Below, in pieces: positions 37,352 through 47,867 of a DNA stretch of 60,237 nucleotides. The translations under genes and the position numbers were made by a program. The first letter of the stretch is position 1; each line of letters begins with the position of its first letter. The notes under the pieces are model-generated. The model ran no database searches. It was given only the letters and a program-made list of their open reading frames with translations, and was not told where the DNA came from. This stretch comes from a virus (lineage: Duplodnaviria; Caudoviricetes): the IMG/VR virus record IMGVR_UViG_3300032048_000003, positions 1 through 60,237 of that record; one strand, given 5' to 3'.

Positions 37352-38248
37352 ATGATTCCGATAATTGATTTCAGAAGTAAAACCTGCATAGAAGAAATGC
37401 ATAGAGCATATACTACTTGTGGGTTTGCTATCTTTACCAATGTCTATGATAATTGGTTATCGGAATTTACTGATTGGAAAGAACTTATGGAAGAGTTCTT
37501 TCAACTACCACTAGATACTAAAAAACAATATCAATATAGTGGAGTAAGAGGCTCATTAACGTGTCGCGCTGGCTGGGGTGAAATGGGTTATATTCAGAAT
37601 CGATCAGGTGATTTGAAAGAGTCTTATAACTGGATTGATTCAGCAAGAATGCAAGATCAATACTGGCCGACAGAGATTCCAGAGTTCAAATCATCCGCTC
37701 AACAGATCCTTCAGATCTCTCAACAACTTTCTCATCAGTTTTTCGACAAGTTCGAAAGCATGTTCAAACTCAAAAAAAAATATTTAATAGATAAGCATAT
37801 GAGTGGTTATGTTAATATGAGAATGATTCATTATCCAGCGCATGAGAAGCAAGAGGAACACGAGTCTGGAGGAGAACATACTGATTATGGTTCTATTACT
37901 TTACTCTTTCGTTTCAATGATGTTGGTGGTTTACAAGTACAGGATAGAAAAACAGATGAATGGATTGATGCTCCTGTAGTGGAGAATTCAATAGTATTAA
38001 ACATTGGAGATATGTTTCAAAGATGGTCTAATGATACGTTAAAATCAACTAATCATAGAGTTGTTAATACATTTCATACAAAATCTTGCTATTCAATGCC
38101 TTATTTTGTAGATCCCGGTAGAGATGTATTAATTAAGAATTTCACAGATGAACCAGATAAGCATTTACCAATTTCTTCTGAAGAGTACTTACAGGACATG
38201 CTGCGTTTGAATCATGACAAAAAGAATTGGGAACTACAGATTAATTAA
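37352..38248 (+). CDS. isopenicillin-N-synthase-family 2OG-Fe(II) dioxygenase
   Basis: IPIIDF, GDLKE, HYP, HTDYG.ITLL, NIGDM, STNHRV. Confidence 0.88.
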   Translation: MIPIIDFRSKTCIEEMHRAYTTCGFAIFTNVYDNWLSEFTDWKELMEEFFQLPLDTKKQYQYSGVRGSLTCRAGWGEMGYIQNRSGDLKESYNWIDSARMQDQYWPTEIPEFKSSAQQILQISQQLSHQFFDKFESMFKLKKKYLIDKHMSGYVNMRMIHYPAHEKQEEHESGGEHTDYGSITLLFRFNDVGGLQVQDRKTDEWIDAPVVENSIVLNIGDMFQRWSNDTLKSTNHRVVNTFHTKSCYSMPYFVDPGRDVLIKNFTDEPDKHLPISSEEYLQDMLRLNHDKKNWELQIN

Positions 38249-38297
38249 TGAACACTTAACTAAATACTTATATTAATAATTATAGAAAGAGGATATT

Positions 38298-38603
38298 ATG
38301 TTACCGATATTATTATTCAATGTTATTTCTAGTCTTGTCGTGGACAAAGCAACAGATTTAGCAACAGAGCATGTGGAAAATATGATAAATGATCTACTTC
38401 CAGATGAAGCAAAAAAAGAATTAGATGAAGTAATTGCCAGCGATCCTTCGCATGCATTTGATAATGCCAAAGATGCATTGATGGGAGCAGTTGAAGGTAA
38501 ATTACCTATATCATTAGCAGACGGAACGTTGAAACCAATAGAATTAAATTTTAAAGTTACTTATAATCCTACAGATGGGTCAGTTGATATAGAAAAGTCT
38601 TGA
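38298..38603 (+). CDS. hypothetical protein
   Basis: GAGG RBS; CTAAATA late-like site at 38260. Confidence 0.55.
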   Translation: MLPILLFNVISSLVVDKATDLATEHVENMINDLLPDEAKKELDEVIASDPSHAFDNAKDALMGAVEGKLPISLADGTLKPIELNFKVTYNPTDGSVDIEKS

Positions 38604-38628
38604 TATTTTTTTTAATGTGTAGTATAAT
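38600..38628 (+). promoter_or_regulatory. sigma70-type promoter for uvsX
   Basis: TTGATA-17 bp-TATAAT. Confidence 0.65.
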
Positions 38629-38654
38629 ATATTATGTTTAAGTGAAAGGATTAA

Positions 38655-39716
38655 ATGGGATATTTTGATGAAATGCTGAAAGTGGCGAATAACACTTATG
38701 GCTCTAAAGTAAGTGATGGTGTTGAAGCTGGTGATGTGGAAAGCTTTATTGACACCGGATCATATATATTGAATGGATTATTATCAGGGAGTATCTATGG
38801 AGGATTACCCTCAAATAAAATTACTGCATTTGCAGGTGAAAGTTCCACAGGTAAAACTTTTTTTGTTTTGGGCTGTGTCAGACAGTTTCTCGCAGATAAT
38901 CCTACTGGTGGGGTTATATATTTTGAAAGTGAATCTGCCCTAACCAAAGATATGATTGAAATGCGCGGAATAGATTCTAAGCGCATGGTCATCCTTCCTG
39001 TTGCAACAGTTCAGGAATTCAGAACACAAGCAACTAAAATTTTAGAAAAACATTTAGAAGAACCTGAAAAAGATCGTCCCCCAATGATGATATGTCTTGA
39101 TTCATTAGGTAATCTGTCTACTACTAAAGAGATGGAAGATATCGGTGAAGGTAAAGAGACCAGAGATATGACCAGAGCACAAATGGTTAAAGGTACTTTT
39201 AGGGTTTTAACTTTATTAGGTGGTAAAGCTAAAGTGCCCCTTGTTGTTACTAATCACACATACGATCAAATAGGAACATTATTTCCTCAAAAAATTATGG
39301 GTGGAGGAACTGGCTTACATTATGCCGCATCTAGTATCATATTCCTATCTAAAAAGAAAGAAAAAGATGGTACTGAAGTAATTGGTAATATAGTTCATTG
39401 TAGGACTTATAAATCAAGACTTACAAAAGAACATAAAATGGTAGATGTTCTTCTTACATATAAAGAAGGATTGAATAGATATTATGGTTTAGCAGAGTTA
39501 GCAGAGAAGTATGGAATCTTTAAAAAAGTTTCTACGAGATTAGAAATGCCTGATGGAGAAAAGGTATTTCTAAAAACAGTTTTAAAAAATCCCACAAAAT
39601 ATTTTACAAAAGAAATTCTCGATCAGATTGATAAAGTTGCCGGGAAAGAATTTTTATATGGTGAAATGGGAATAGAAGAAGAATTAACTCTTGAAAATGA
39701 TAGTAGAGAAAGTTAA
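38655..39716 (+). CDS. uvsX: RecA-like recombinase UvsX
   Basis: [29 protein letters not shown]. Confidence 0.95.
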   Translation: MGYFDEMLKVANNTYGSKVSDGVEAGDVESFIDTGSYILNGLLSGSIYGGLPSNKITAFAGESSTGKTFFVLGCVRQFLADNPTGGVIYFESESALTKDMIEMRGIDSKRMVILPVATVQEFRTQATKILEKHLEEPEKDRPPMMICLDSLGNLSTTKEMEDIGEGKETRDMTRAQMVKGTFRVLTLLGGKAKVPLVVTNHTYDQIGTLFPQKIMGGGTGLHYAASSIIFLSKKKEKDGTEVIGNIVHCRTYKSRLTKEHKMVDVLLTYKEGLNRYYGLAELAEKYGIFKKVSTRLEMPDGEKVFLKTVLKNPTKYFTKEILDQIDKVAGKEFLYGEMGIEEELTLENDSRES

Positions 39717-39876
39717 AGTAGTAGAACTAACATTAGAAGACGGATCAAAAATGATATGTCGCGGGGGTGAAGAAGCAGTACTTAGAGCTTGGGGAACTTA
39801 TCCAGTAGTTTCCGCTAGGTGGACAGGAGAAGAAGAAACGATGCAATGGATTCCGGAAGGAGAACTAAATGAGTAA
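39697..39876 (+). CDS. hypothetical protein
   Basis: Short ORF in operon. Confidence 0.45.
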   Translation: MIVEKVKVVELTLEDGSKMICRGGEEAVLRAWGTYPVVSARWTGEEETMQWIPEGELNE

Positions 39877-40288
39877 TGAATTAACAAAAGAAGATTATGA
39901 TAGAATAGACAGTTATTATAGAATGGTCCTACATCCCAAACATCCTGAAGACGTCACACAACAATGTATAGAGATGATGACAGGCCCGTTTAAGGGCGTA
40001 GTATATAAGTATGGCAAATTCCAAGTATCACCACCAGATACGGAAGATGAAAGTACTGCTAAGTATGAATATGATATTATAATGGTACCACCCGAATTAG
40101 AAGGTGTTGAACACACTGATGAAGAAGGTGAAGAATTTGAATTTATGATTGGTGAAATATTAGTAAAAATGCTATGGGACAGACATCAAGAAACACTAAA
40201 ATCAGAAACAACAAACCCAGTAACTTTCGTGGAGGACAATGAATCAGAGGATAGAGCACCTAATACTATCACATTTGATACACAATGA
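39869..40288 (+). CDS. hypothetical protein in the gp40 position
   Basis: Between uvsX and gp41; GVVYKYGK, IGEIL. Confidence 0.55.
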   Translation: MSNELTKEDYDRIDSYYRMVLHPKHPEDVTQQCIEMMTGPFKGVVYKYGKFQVSPPDTEDESTAKYEYDIIMVPPELEGVEHTDEEGEEFEFMIGEILVKMLWDRHQETLKSETTNPVTFVEDNESEDRAPNTITFDTQ

Positions 40289-41648
40289 ACTATTTTCTCG
40301 TAAAGTTTCGCCCTATATAAAAGCAGAATATTTTGATGATAATTCAGAAAAGATTATCTTCAAACAAATACAAGAGTATATTCTCAAACATAATAGCTTG
40401 CCCACAAAGCAAAGCCTTTTAATTGATTTAGATCAGATAGAAGGTTTGCATGAAACAGAATTCCAACAAGCTACAGATATAATTAAAAAGTTAGATAAGC
40501 CAGAAGAAAAAGATATAACATCTTGGCTTACCGAAGCTTCAGAAACGTTTTGTCAAGATAAAGCAATTTATAATGCAGTTGTCGATGCAATTGCTATTTT
40601 AGAAGGTAATGAAAAACAAACTAATTTATCTAAAGGTGCAATTCCAAGTATCTTATCTGATGCTTTAGCAGTATCATTTGATCCACATGTAGGTCATGAT
40701 TTTATTGAGGATGCGAATGAAAGATTTGATTTTTATCATAGGGTTGAAGAAAAGATTGAATTTGATTTAGATATGTTTAATAAAATTACTAAAGGAGGGT
40801 TGCCTAACAAGACACTTAATATTTGTCTTGCTGGAACAGGTGTAGGTAAGTCCTTGTTTATGTGTCATCATGCAGCAAGTTGTCTTTCTATTAATAAGAA
40901 TGTTCTTTATATAACTTTAGAAATGGCTGAAGAAAGGATCGCTGAAAGAATAGATGCAAATCTTTTAGATGTTCCTATTAGTCAATTGGAAGAACTTTCA
41001 AGAAACATGTATCAAAATAAAATTGATAAGATAAATGCAAAGACAAAAGGTAAAATTATTATTAAGGAATATCCTACAGCGGCAGCTAGCTCAATGCACT
41101 TTAAAAATCTTTTAGCAGAATTAAAGTTGAAACGTAATTTCGTTCCGGATATTATATTCATAGATTATTTGAATATATGTTCTAGCGCAAGAATTAGAAC
41201 AGGAGCAAATGTAAATTCATATACTTATATTAAATCAATTGCGGAAGAATTGAGAGGATTAGCAGTAGAATTTAATGTTCCAATTCTTTCTGCAACACAG
41301 ACCACAAGATCAGGATTTACAAGTACAGATATAGGATTAGAAGATACATCTGAAAGTTTTGGTTTACCGGCAACTGCAGATTTTATGTTTGCTATAATAT
41401 CTTCGGATGAAATGGAAGAATTAAATCAATTACTTGTAAAACAATTAAAGAATAGATATAATGATCCTACATCTTATAAAAAGTTTATTATTGGTATAGA
41501 CAGATCTAAAATGAGGTTATATGATGTAGAACAAAAAGCTCAAGAAGATATTGCAGATAGTGGACAAGACGATGACCCGTTATTTGATGTTTCTACTAGC
41601 AATAGAATGCGTAATAAAGCAGACTTCGGGGCTTTTCAATATGAATGA
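40239..41648 (+). CDS. gp41: replicative helicase gp41
   Basis: AGTGVGKS, TLEMAEE, IDYLNI, ATQTTR, KQLKNRY. Confidence 0.96.
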   Translation: MNQRIEHLILSHLIHNELFSRKVSPYIKAEYFDDNSEKIIFKQIQEYILKHNSLPTKQSLLIDLDQIEGLHETEFQQATDIIKKLDKPEEKDITSWLTEASETFCQDKAIYNAVVDAIAILEGNEKQTNLSKGAIPSILSDALAVSFDPHVGHDFIEDANERFDFYHRVEEKIEFDLDMFNKITKGGLPNKTLNICLAGTGVGKSLFMCHHAASCLSINKNVLYITLEMAEERIAERIDANLLDVPISQLEELSRNMYQNKIDKINAKTKGKIIIKEYPTAAASSMHFKNLLAELKLKRNFVPDIIFIDYLNICSSARIRTGANVNSYTYIKSIAEELRGLAVEFNVPILSATQTTRSGFTSTDIGLEDTSESFGLPATADFMFAIISSDEMEELNQLLVKQLKNRYNDPTSYKKFIIGIDRSKMRLYDVEQKAQEDIADSGQDDDPLFDVSTSNRMRNKADFGAFQYE

Positions 41649-42258
41649 TTTAGATTTTGTTAAAAATTCATTAGGATGTATAAACGAAGCCTTTAAAGAA
41701 TTTAAGGATTTTTATAATACGTTGGAATTCGGTTTCCGGAAACCTATTTCTCATTGGCATGCCTGCGCCAACAGAATGGAAGAAATATTAGAAGAAGAAT
41801 TAGATTTTTCTTGTTATGTTAATATACGAAAAGATAGAAGCCATGCTTTATATGAAATAACCTTTGATGGAGCCGCTAATGTTCCCGAAGAACATATTTC
41901 AGAATCTGAATTAGAAATAACAATTAATTTATCACCAGAATTTTATACGCAACAACTATCCATTCCGGAAGATGCTTGGGAAAACTATAAACAACAACTC
42001 ACCCTCACTTTCATTCATGAATTAACACATTCTTTACAATTAGATGACGGCAAAAAACAAAAATATAATGATTATTTTTCAAGCCCATTTGAAATAGATG
42101 CGTATAGTTCTGAACTCGCCTTTGATATGTTTCTTTATAATAAAGAAGAAAAAACTTGCGATTCGTATGCAAGGTATGCTACAATAGATACTAAGGTTTC
42201 TAATAAAATGAAAACCTTGGCAAAAGAGAAATATCAGTATCTTAAAAAGACTAAATAG
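41641..42258 (+). CDS. HExxH metalloprotein
   Basis: IHELTHSLQ ... EIDAYS. Confidence 0.6.
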   Translation: MNDLDFVKNSLGCINEAFKEFKDFYNTLEFGFRKPISHWHACANRMEEILEEELDFSCYVNIRKDRSHALYEITFDGAANVPEEHISESELEITINLSPEFYTQQLSIPEDAWENYKQQLTLTFIHELTHSLQLDDGKKQKYNDYFSSPFEIDAYSSELAFDMFLYNKEEKTCDSYARYATIDTKVSNKMKTLAKEKYQYLKKTK

Positions 42259-42306
42259 TTAAGTAAACTATATTAATAATTAATAGGTAAGTAATAAGGA
42301 AAAAGT

Positions 42307-42828
42307 ATGAAAACTTATAAGGATCTAACCCTCGAAGGACTGACGGATGGATTAAGCGGAGGGCATTTTGGTGGATATATAAAAGAAGATCTTGCTCGTG
42401 ATATTGAAAAAGGCTTTAAACAGTTCGATAAGCTTGAAACAGATTATAGTACTGGTAACCATTACGGTAAAAAAATAAAATGTGGAGACTTCTTTATTAT
42501 TCCGGAAATTATGATTGAAGGCGAAAAAGGAGGAGAAGGATACAAAGAAGAAATTAGGAACGTTTCGATAACCCTTCAAGATAAAAAAGGAAAGGATGTG
42601 ACGAAGCTTCTTGATGATTCTGATGATGTATACGACCCCATAGGTCGCAACAAAGGAAACCGCGACATGGAATGGCACAAGTTACAGGGTACTCTTCCCG
42701 GTTGGCAATCCGGTGACCCAGTAGATATTCATGGAGCGAGTGAGAATTTAAATGGAAAATTAACTTCAGTTGATAAAAAATTGGTCAAATCAATTGAACA
42801 ATGGTGTAAGCAAAATTCAGGTAAGTAA
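42307..42828 (+). CDS. putative internal head protein
   Basis: N-terminal MKTYKDLTLE; shares a domain with 10615. Confidence 0.55.
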   Translation: MKTYKDLTLEGLTDGLSGGHFGGYIKEDLARDIEKGFKQFDKLETDYSTGNHYGKKIKCGDFFIIPEIMIEGEKGGEGYKEEIRNVSITLQDKKGKDVTKLLDDSDDVYDPIGRNKGNRDMEWHKLQGTLPGWQSGDPVDIHGASENLNGKLTSVDKKLVKSIEQWCKQNSGK

Positions 42829-42829
42829 T

Positions 42830-43057
42830 ATGGATAACGTAGCAGATTCTGCAAAAGAAGTTCTAGAGACTATGGCAATTAGTAAGTTAGCTGTAAAATC
42901 AATAGAGGATGTAGCTAAGCGCGCTAATAGAATTACTAGATGGGCCCGGAATAACGGTCAGATGGGCGCGGAAGCTAATTCAATTAAAAAGATGGCTAAA
43001 GAACTTAATGATATTATGGATAAGTGGACAAAAGGCGATACGGTAATTGTACCATAG
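42830..43057 (+). CDS. hypothetical protein
   Basis: ORF, start MDNVAD. Confidence 0.5.
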   Translation: MDNVADSAKEVLETMAISKLAVKSIEDVAKRANRITRWARNNGQMGAEANSIKKMAKELNDIMDKWTKGDTVIVP

Positions 43058-43064
43058 AGAAAAA

Positions 43065-44594
43065 ATGAAAACATATACAACTTTTATGGCACCTGGTTAT
43101 ATTAAGAAGGATATCCGGACTCTCTTAGAAAGAGTAACGCCGGAACTCAAAAAACAAGTGCTCGATAAAATCGAAGATGTTCAAGAAGATGAGGTTTTAA
43201 GATCTATTCTCGAAGCTATACAACGAGATGTTATGGTTGCTCTTCTTGAGGAGAAGTGTGAAACTGCTAACATAAAAATGAATAAAGAAGCTTTTATTGA
43301 CTCTATCATTTTAGCAATTAATAAATCAGGTGCACCAGCTAATGACCAAATGGATTTTTTAAAAGAACTTTTAGCCGGTGAAGTATTTGATTGTAAAAAA
43401 ATGGTACAAGATAGTCACAAAAAAGTAGTAAGATTAGATTCATATGTTAAAACCAGAAGCCCCATATGGCCAAAAGTTAAAGATAAGTTTATAGAAAATA
43501 TAACAAAAATAGATAATCAGAATATTGGTCCAGGTGAAATTTTATTTATTTTAGCTACTCCCGGAGCAACGAAGGGTAATGAAAACAATAAAGGCGATGT
43601 CGAATTAGCAGACGGTTATAATGTAGAACTTAAAGCATCCGGAGGCACGTTTTCCAAACCTGACAAATTTGCAGATGCTAAATTATTTTTTATTAATGCG
43701 TTCAAAGATTTAGGTAGCGATATAACAGCAAAAGAAGCAGATAAAATGGGTCTTGGAGGTAGAAGTGTTTATAAGGATAGCAATGCGACAGGTGGTATAC
43801 CTAAAGCCCTTTCTCTTGGTAGTAAAAAATATACTACTTTATGGATGGAAAAAAATGGCGGTTCACAAAGACAAGCAGATAAAGCTTGCGAAAAACTATG
43901 GCATGATATTTGTGTTGAAGCAATGCCTTTTGACAAAGCCTCGAAATATGTTTTTAATAAGACTGTAAAGAATGGATTAACCGATCCTAATGAATTTATA
44001 AAACAATGGAACGCCAATGCATTAAATGATTATAAAGAACATGGATGGGATTATGTTACATTATTTGATAAAATATCATTGGATGTCATCTCATTTAAAG
44101 ATGGGAAAGATCTCTATACTTCTAAAGAATGGAATCCAGGTACTGAATGGATGTTAAGATGGACTGGTGGAGGAGGTTTTTCTGGTACAGGATCATCTAC
44201 AAGAATAAAAACAGGTCCTTTCAAAAATGAAGCAATTTTTGATCCTGGTGATACCGATTTTGAGAAAAAGATAAAAGAAAAAAATGCAATAAGAAGTTCA
44301 TTAGAATCAACTTTTAAATCACTTAGTAAAAAACAATCTAATAAACAGGCTTTTGAATATTCTAGTGTGAAAGCTCTAAAAAATAAAAGAGGTAAGCCAA
44401 TTGGCTACTCTTCAAAAGGTTTGATGAATGATAACAATTCACCGGAAGATTTTAAAAAGGTGAGCAATGAACTTGGAGCAGCTTTGGACAGGTATTTTTC
44501 TCTTAAAAATGAATTGAAATTTGGTAGAGATAATGCTGATAGAGATCTTGGAAAAAGTTTTGCGGATATGAAACGGAAATTGGGTGTCACATGA
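43065..44594 (+). CDS. putative virion protein with a possible PD-(D/E)xK nuclease-like motif
   Basis: MKTYTTF N-terminus; IGPGE...KGDV.....VELK. Confidence 0.5.
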   Translation: MKTYTTFMAPGYIKKDIRTLLERVTPELKKQVLDKIEDVQEDEVLRSILEAIQRDVMVALLEEKCETANIKMNKEAFIDSIILAINKSGAPANDQMDFLKELLAGEVFDCKKMVQDSHKKVVRLDSYVKTRSPIWPKVKDKFIENITKIDNQNIGPGEILFILATPGATKGNENNKGDVELADGYNVELKASGGTFSKPDKFADAKLFFINAFKDLGSDITAKEADKMGLGGRSVYKDSNATGGIPKALSLGSKKYTTLWMEKNGGSQRQADKACEKLWHDICVEAMPFDKASKYVFNKTVKNGLTDPNEFIKQWNANALNDYKEHGWDYVTLFDKISLDVISFKDGKDLYTSKEWNPGTEWMLRWTGGGGFSGTGSSTRIKTGPFKNEAIFDPGDTDFEKKIKEKNAIRSSLESTFKSLSKKQSNKQAFEYSSVKALKNKRGKPIGYSSKGLMNDNNSPEDFKKVSNELGAALDRYFSLKNELKFGRDNADRDLGKSFADMKRKLGVT

Positions 44595-44932
44595 AAAAAT
44601 ATAAAGAATTTATAACAGAAGCATCAGGCTTCGATAAAGATGTTCATGTATCTTATTATGAAAGGTTTCCAGAATATACTGGAGGTGGGTGGTTTACTGA
44701 TGTACATAAATTTCATGATTATCTTATGGATCCGACAAGTTATTATCATACGCGCGCAGTGCGTTCTCCGCAACATCCAATTACTGGAAAAAAAGAACTT
44801 CGATTTAAAATGATAGATAAACGAATAGTCAACGATGCGGATTTTGAATCTAGATATTATGCGGCGATAAATGCGCCATGGCCAGATAAGGAATTGGCTG
44901 CTATTATGAAAGCTGCTAAAGATAAGGTATGA
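44591..44932 (+). CDS. putative internal head protein
   Basis: MKKYKEFITE. Confidence 0.55.
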   Translation: MKKYKEFITEASGFDKDVHVSYYERFPEYTGGGWFTDVHKFHDYLMDPTSYYHTRAVRSPQHPITGKKELRFKMIDKRIVNDADFESRYYAAINAPWPDKELAAIMKAAKDKV

Positions 44933-46155
44933 AACAGTATAAACAATTTCTTACAGAAGCATCTGGAAAAAATCTTCATATGGAGCATCTTGAAGATGAG
45001 GTGTTAAATGGTGGAGTTAATGGTACTAGAGGTGCTATTGATTTTTTGAGATCCTTAAGAAATATGTTAGCTGGTCATAATAAAGAAGCTGTTAATGTTA
45101 CAGTAAAGTGGGATGGTGCCCCTGCTATATGTGCTGGGATTCATCCTAATGGAAAGTTCTTTGTTGATTATAAATCAATGAGACGACCATGCTTTACACA
45201 AGCTGATGTTGATGAACATTTTAGTGGAGGACCTCTTCAGTCTAAAATGAGTGCTTTATTAGAACATTTACCTAAGTTAAAGATCCCTGGAAATATTTTT
45301 CAAGGTGATGTGCTTTGGACAGATGATAGAGAAAAGAAAATTAAAACAATTGGTGGTGAAAAACAAGTTACGTTTACACCTAATACAATAACATACGCTG
45401 TCCCTTTAAATACGGAACTATCAAATGCTATAATTAAAGCAAAAATAGGAATTGTTTTTCATACAACATATAGAACAGCAGGACAAGAAGATTTAACAGA
45501 TCTGAAAGCAGAGTTTGGAGCTGATGTAAATGAATGGACAAAACATAAAGATGTTTGGGCAGTTAATGCTGATTTTACAGATTTAAGCGGAACAGCAACA
45601 TTTACTAAAACTGATGAAACTAAAGTTACCGGAATGTTATCTCAGTTAGGAAAAGATTTTAATAAAGTTAATGGCCGATTTCTTGATAGTATCAAAGATG
45701 ATAATATATTAAAAGTTCATATTAAAACCTATATAAATTCGAAAGTCAGAGAAGGAGAATTTATAGATGAAAGATTAGCGAGAGATGCTGTAAAATTTAT
45801 TAAATCTAAATTGGATAAAGAAGTATCAAAGCTGAAAACAGAAAGAGGACGTTCGCGGAAACAAATGACAGTTGATGAATTCTTAAAAAAATTAAATGGA
45901 AATTTAGATCAAATAGGTACTGTTTTTCGTATAATGGCTTTAATAAATAATATTAAACTATATATTGTAGAAAAGTTAGAAGAAGTTAAAGGTTTAACTT
46001 CTACATTTATTAAAACCTCATCAGGATATAAAGTAACCAAACCAGAAGGATTTGTTGCTATAGATTCATTTGATTCTGGTAAGGGATTAAAATTAGTTAA
46101 CAGAATGGAATTTAGTAGAATAAATTTCACTGCAGAAAAGGATTGGGACCAATGA
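44929..46155 (+). CDS. conserved T4-like protein (DUF6267-like)
   Basis: KNLHMEHLED, TVKWDGAPA, QGD, PEGFV, KLVNRMEFS; MKQYKQFLTE N-terminus. Confidence 0.7.
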   Translation: MKQYKQFLTEASGKNLHMEHLEDEVLNGGVNGTRGAIDFLRSLRNMLAGHNKEAVNVTVKWDGAPAICAGIHPNGKFFVDYKSMRRPCFTQADVDEHFSGGPLQSKMSALLEHLPKLKIPGNIFQGDVLWTDDREKKIKTIGGEKQVTFTPNTITYAVPLNTELSNAIIKAKIGIVFHTTYRTAGQEDLTDLKAEFGADVNEWTKHKDVWAVNADFTDLSGTATFTKTDETKVTGMLSQLGKDFNKVNGRFLDSIKDDNILKVHIKTYINSKVREGEFIDERLARDAVKFIKSKLDKEVSKLKTERGRSRKQMTVDEFLKKLNGNLDQIGTVFRIMALINNIKLYIVEKLEEVKGLTSTFIKTSSGYKVTKPEGFVAIDSFDSGKGLKLVNRMEFSRINFTAEKDWDQ

Positions 46156-46580
46156 AAACATATAAGGATTTTAAATTAGACTTCGGCGGAGGTTTATCAG
46201 AAGGTAAAATAGGCAGGGTTAGGGTTGATGAAGCAAAAGCAAAACCTTACACTTTCCTAGGAACACTACAAGGTGGAAGACCAAGCGACAAGGATGGAAA
46301 AGAAAGTAGAGGCCAACAGGTCGTTATTGATTTTATAGATGAGGGTTATTGGCATGAAGAACTTAGCAAAGTAAAAAATCCAGATCAATTTTTTGAGGAT
46401 ATTGAAGAATATTGCGATATCAATATGGCACCAAATAATAGTAGAGATGGAAAGAAAGTCATGCAAGCTATAGCAAAAAAGAAACTGTGGGTTGACAGAG
46501 ACTCTTTTGGTGATTCCATTATTGGTACTGGACCAGACAAAAGAAAACTAAGAACAGCTTTAATAGATTACAGAGATTAG
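46152..46580 (+). CDS. putative internal head protein
   Basis: MKTYKDF N-terminus; flanked by a 15-bp direct repeat. Confidence 0.55.
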   Translation: MKTYKDFKLDFGGGLSEGKIGRVRVDEAKAKPYTFLGTLQGGRPSDKDGKESRGQQVVIDFIDEGYWHEELSKVKNPDQFFEDIEEYCDINMAPNNSRDGKKVMQAIAKKKLWVDRDSFGDSIIGTGPDKRKLRTALIDYRD

Positions 46581-46591
46581 GATTGGGACCA

Positions 46592-46834
46592 ATGAGAAAT
46601 TATAAAGAATTTTCAATAATAAATGAATCTAAGTATTCTGATAAAATGATTAAGGCTCTTGGTGAATGTATTGATGCCGCGCCAGATAGAGCTAAAAATA
46701 AATTGGCTCAAGTATTTGAAGAATATATGGAAAAGTTTGGTAGAAAACAACCCAAATTACCTTATATGATGCAAGGTTTTTTTGATGCGATAGAAGAATT
46801 TTCAGATGCAAGAGTAGACAGAGAAAACTGGTAG
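46592..46834 (+). CDS. putative internal head protein
   Basis: MRNYKEFSIINE. Confidence 0.55.
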   Translation: MRNYKEFSIINESKYSDKMIKALGECIDAAPDRAKNKLAQVFEEYMEKFGRKQPKLPYMMQGFFDAIEEFSDARVDRENW

Positions 46835-46841
46835 GAGTTTA

Positions 46842-47867
46842 ATGAAAAATTATAAAGAATTTACAGAAGAAGTTTTTAATCATCATATAGTTCAAGGTAG
46901 TACTGAAAAGGGTAAAGTTACACATTCCGGCTCGCTGCGGCAAATGCAAAAAGCGATAAGGGACCCGAAAATGCCTACCGATCACGTTCTTGTAAAAACT
47001 AGACATGATTTAAAGACAGGCGATGATTGGAAAAAACATATGCATGCAGAAGATGCTACGGATAATCTTTTAAAGAAAAAGAAGAAAATTGCACAGACAA
47101 TCAGTCATCCAGGATATGATGCAGAATCAAAAAATGAAGGGATCTTCGGATCAACTTCAGCGAAGAAATCTCGGGACAAAATGTTTCTTGCTAGAAGCCG
47201 CGGAAATACAATAAAGAAAGACGAGCCCGTTAACGAACTTTCAAAAGGTTTATTACAACGAGCAGCGAACACTGCTAGGGACCAAGCCGGCCAAAAGAGG
47301 GGTGAGGCAGATAAGGCCGCTTCAAGGGTTGGGGATACTAGTCAACCACCAGGTCAAAACCTTAAATCGAAACGTGCAAATTACCAAGCAGCTAAAAAAG
47401 ATTATCAAGCATTTAAATTCAGTAAAGCTGCTGACAAGAAAGAAGCATGGGAGAAACCAAGAGATAAAGACTTTGAAAAGCTAGGACCTCTCTCCAAGGG
47501 TGAACTGAAAAAGAAGAAAGATACCAAAGAAGGCGTTGATATGTATGATAATAAAAGAAAAGAAGCAGAGATGAGGAAGAAGGCTAGAGAAACTCCTTCC
47601 TCTCCAGAAACTCAAGCTAAGCTTAAAAGGGCAAGAGCGGGAGAAGTTGTTAAAGAGAGCATTAAACCACAATCACATGAATATTTTGGTAGCGGACCGT
47701 TCTCGGGCGAATATAGTGATGTTGCGACAGCCGTATTAAGAATCGCGAAAAAAGTTGCAAAAGAAGGTATTGAAGAGGAAGAAATAGGATTTGAAAAAAT
47801 GTCTGATGATAAAGTAAACAAAGCCGTTACAGACGCTTATCTTGAAAAGGTTCAAGGAGAAAATTGA
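46842..47867 (+). CDS. highly charged putative internal head protein
   Basis: MKNYKEFTEE; K/E rich. Confidence 0.55.
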   Translation: MKNYKEFTEEVFNHHIVQGSTEKGKVTHSGSLRQMQKAIRDPKMPTDHVLVKTRHDLKTGDDWKKHMHAEDATDNLLKKKKKIAQTISHPGYDAESKNEGIFGSTSAKKSRDKMFLARSRGNTIKKDEPVNELSKGLLQRAANTARDQAGQKRGEADKAASRVGDTSQPPGQNLKSKRANYQAAKKDYQAFKFSKAADKKEAWEKPRDKDFEKLGPLSKGELKKKKDTKEGVDMYDNKRKEAEMRKKARETPSSPETQAKLKRARAGEVVKESIKPQSHEYFGSGPFSGEYSDVATAVLRIAKKVAKEGIEEEEIGFEKMSDDKVNKAVTDAYLEKVQGEN

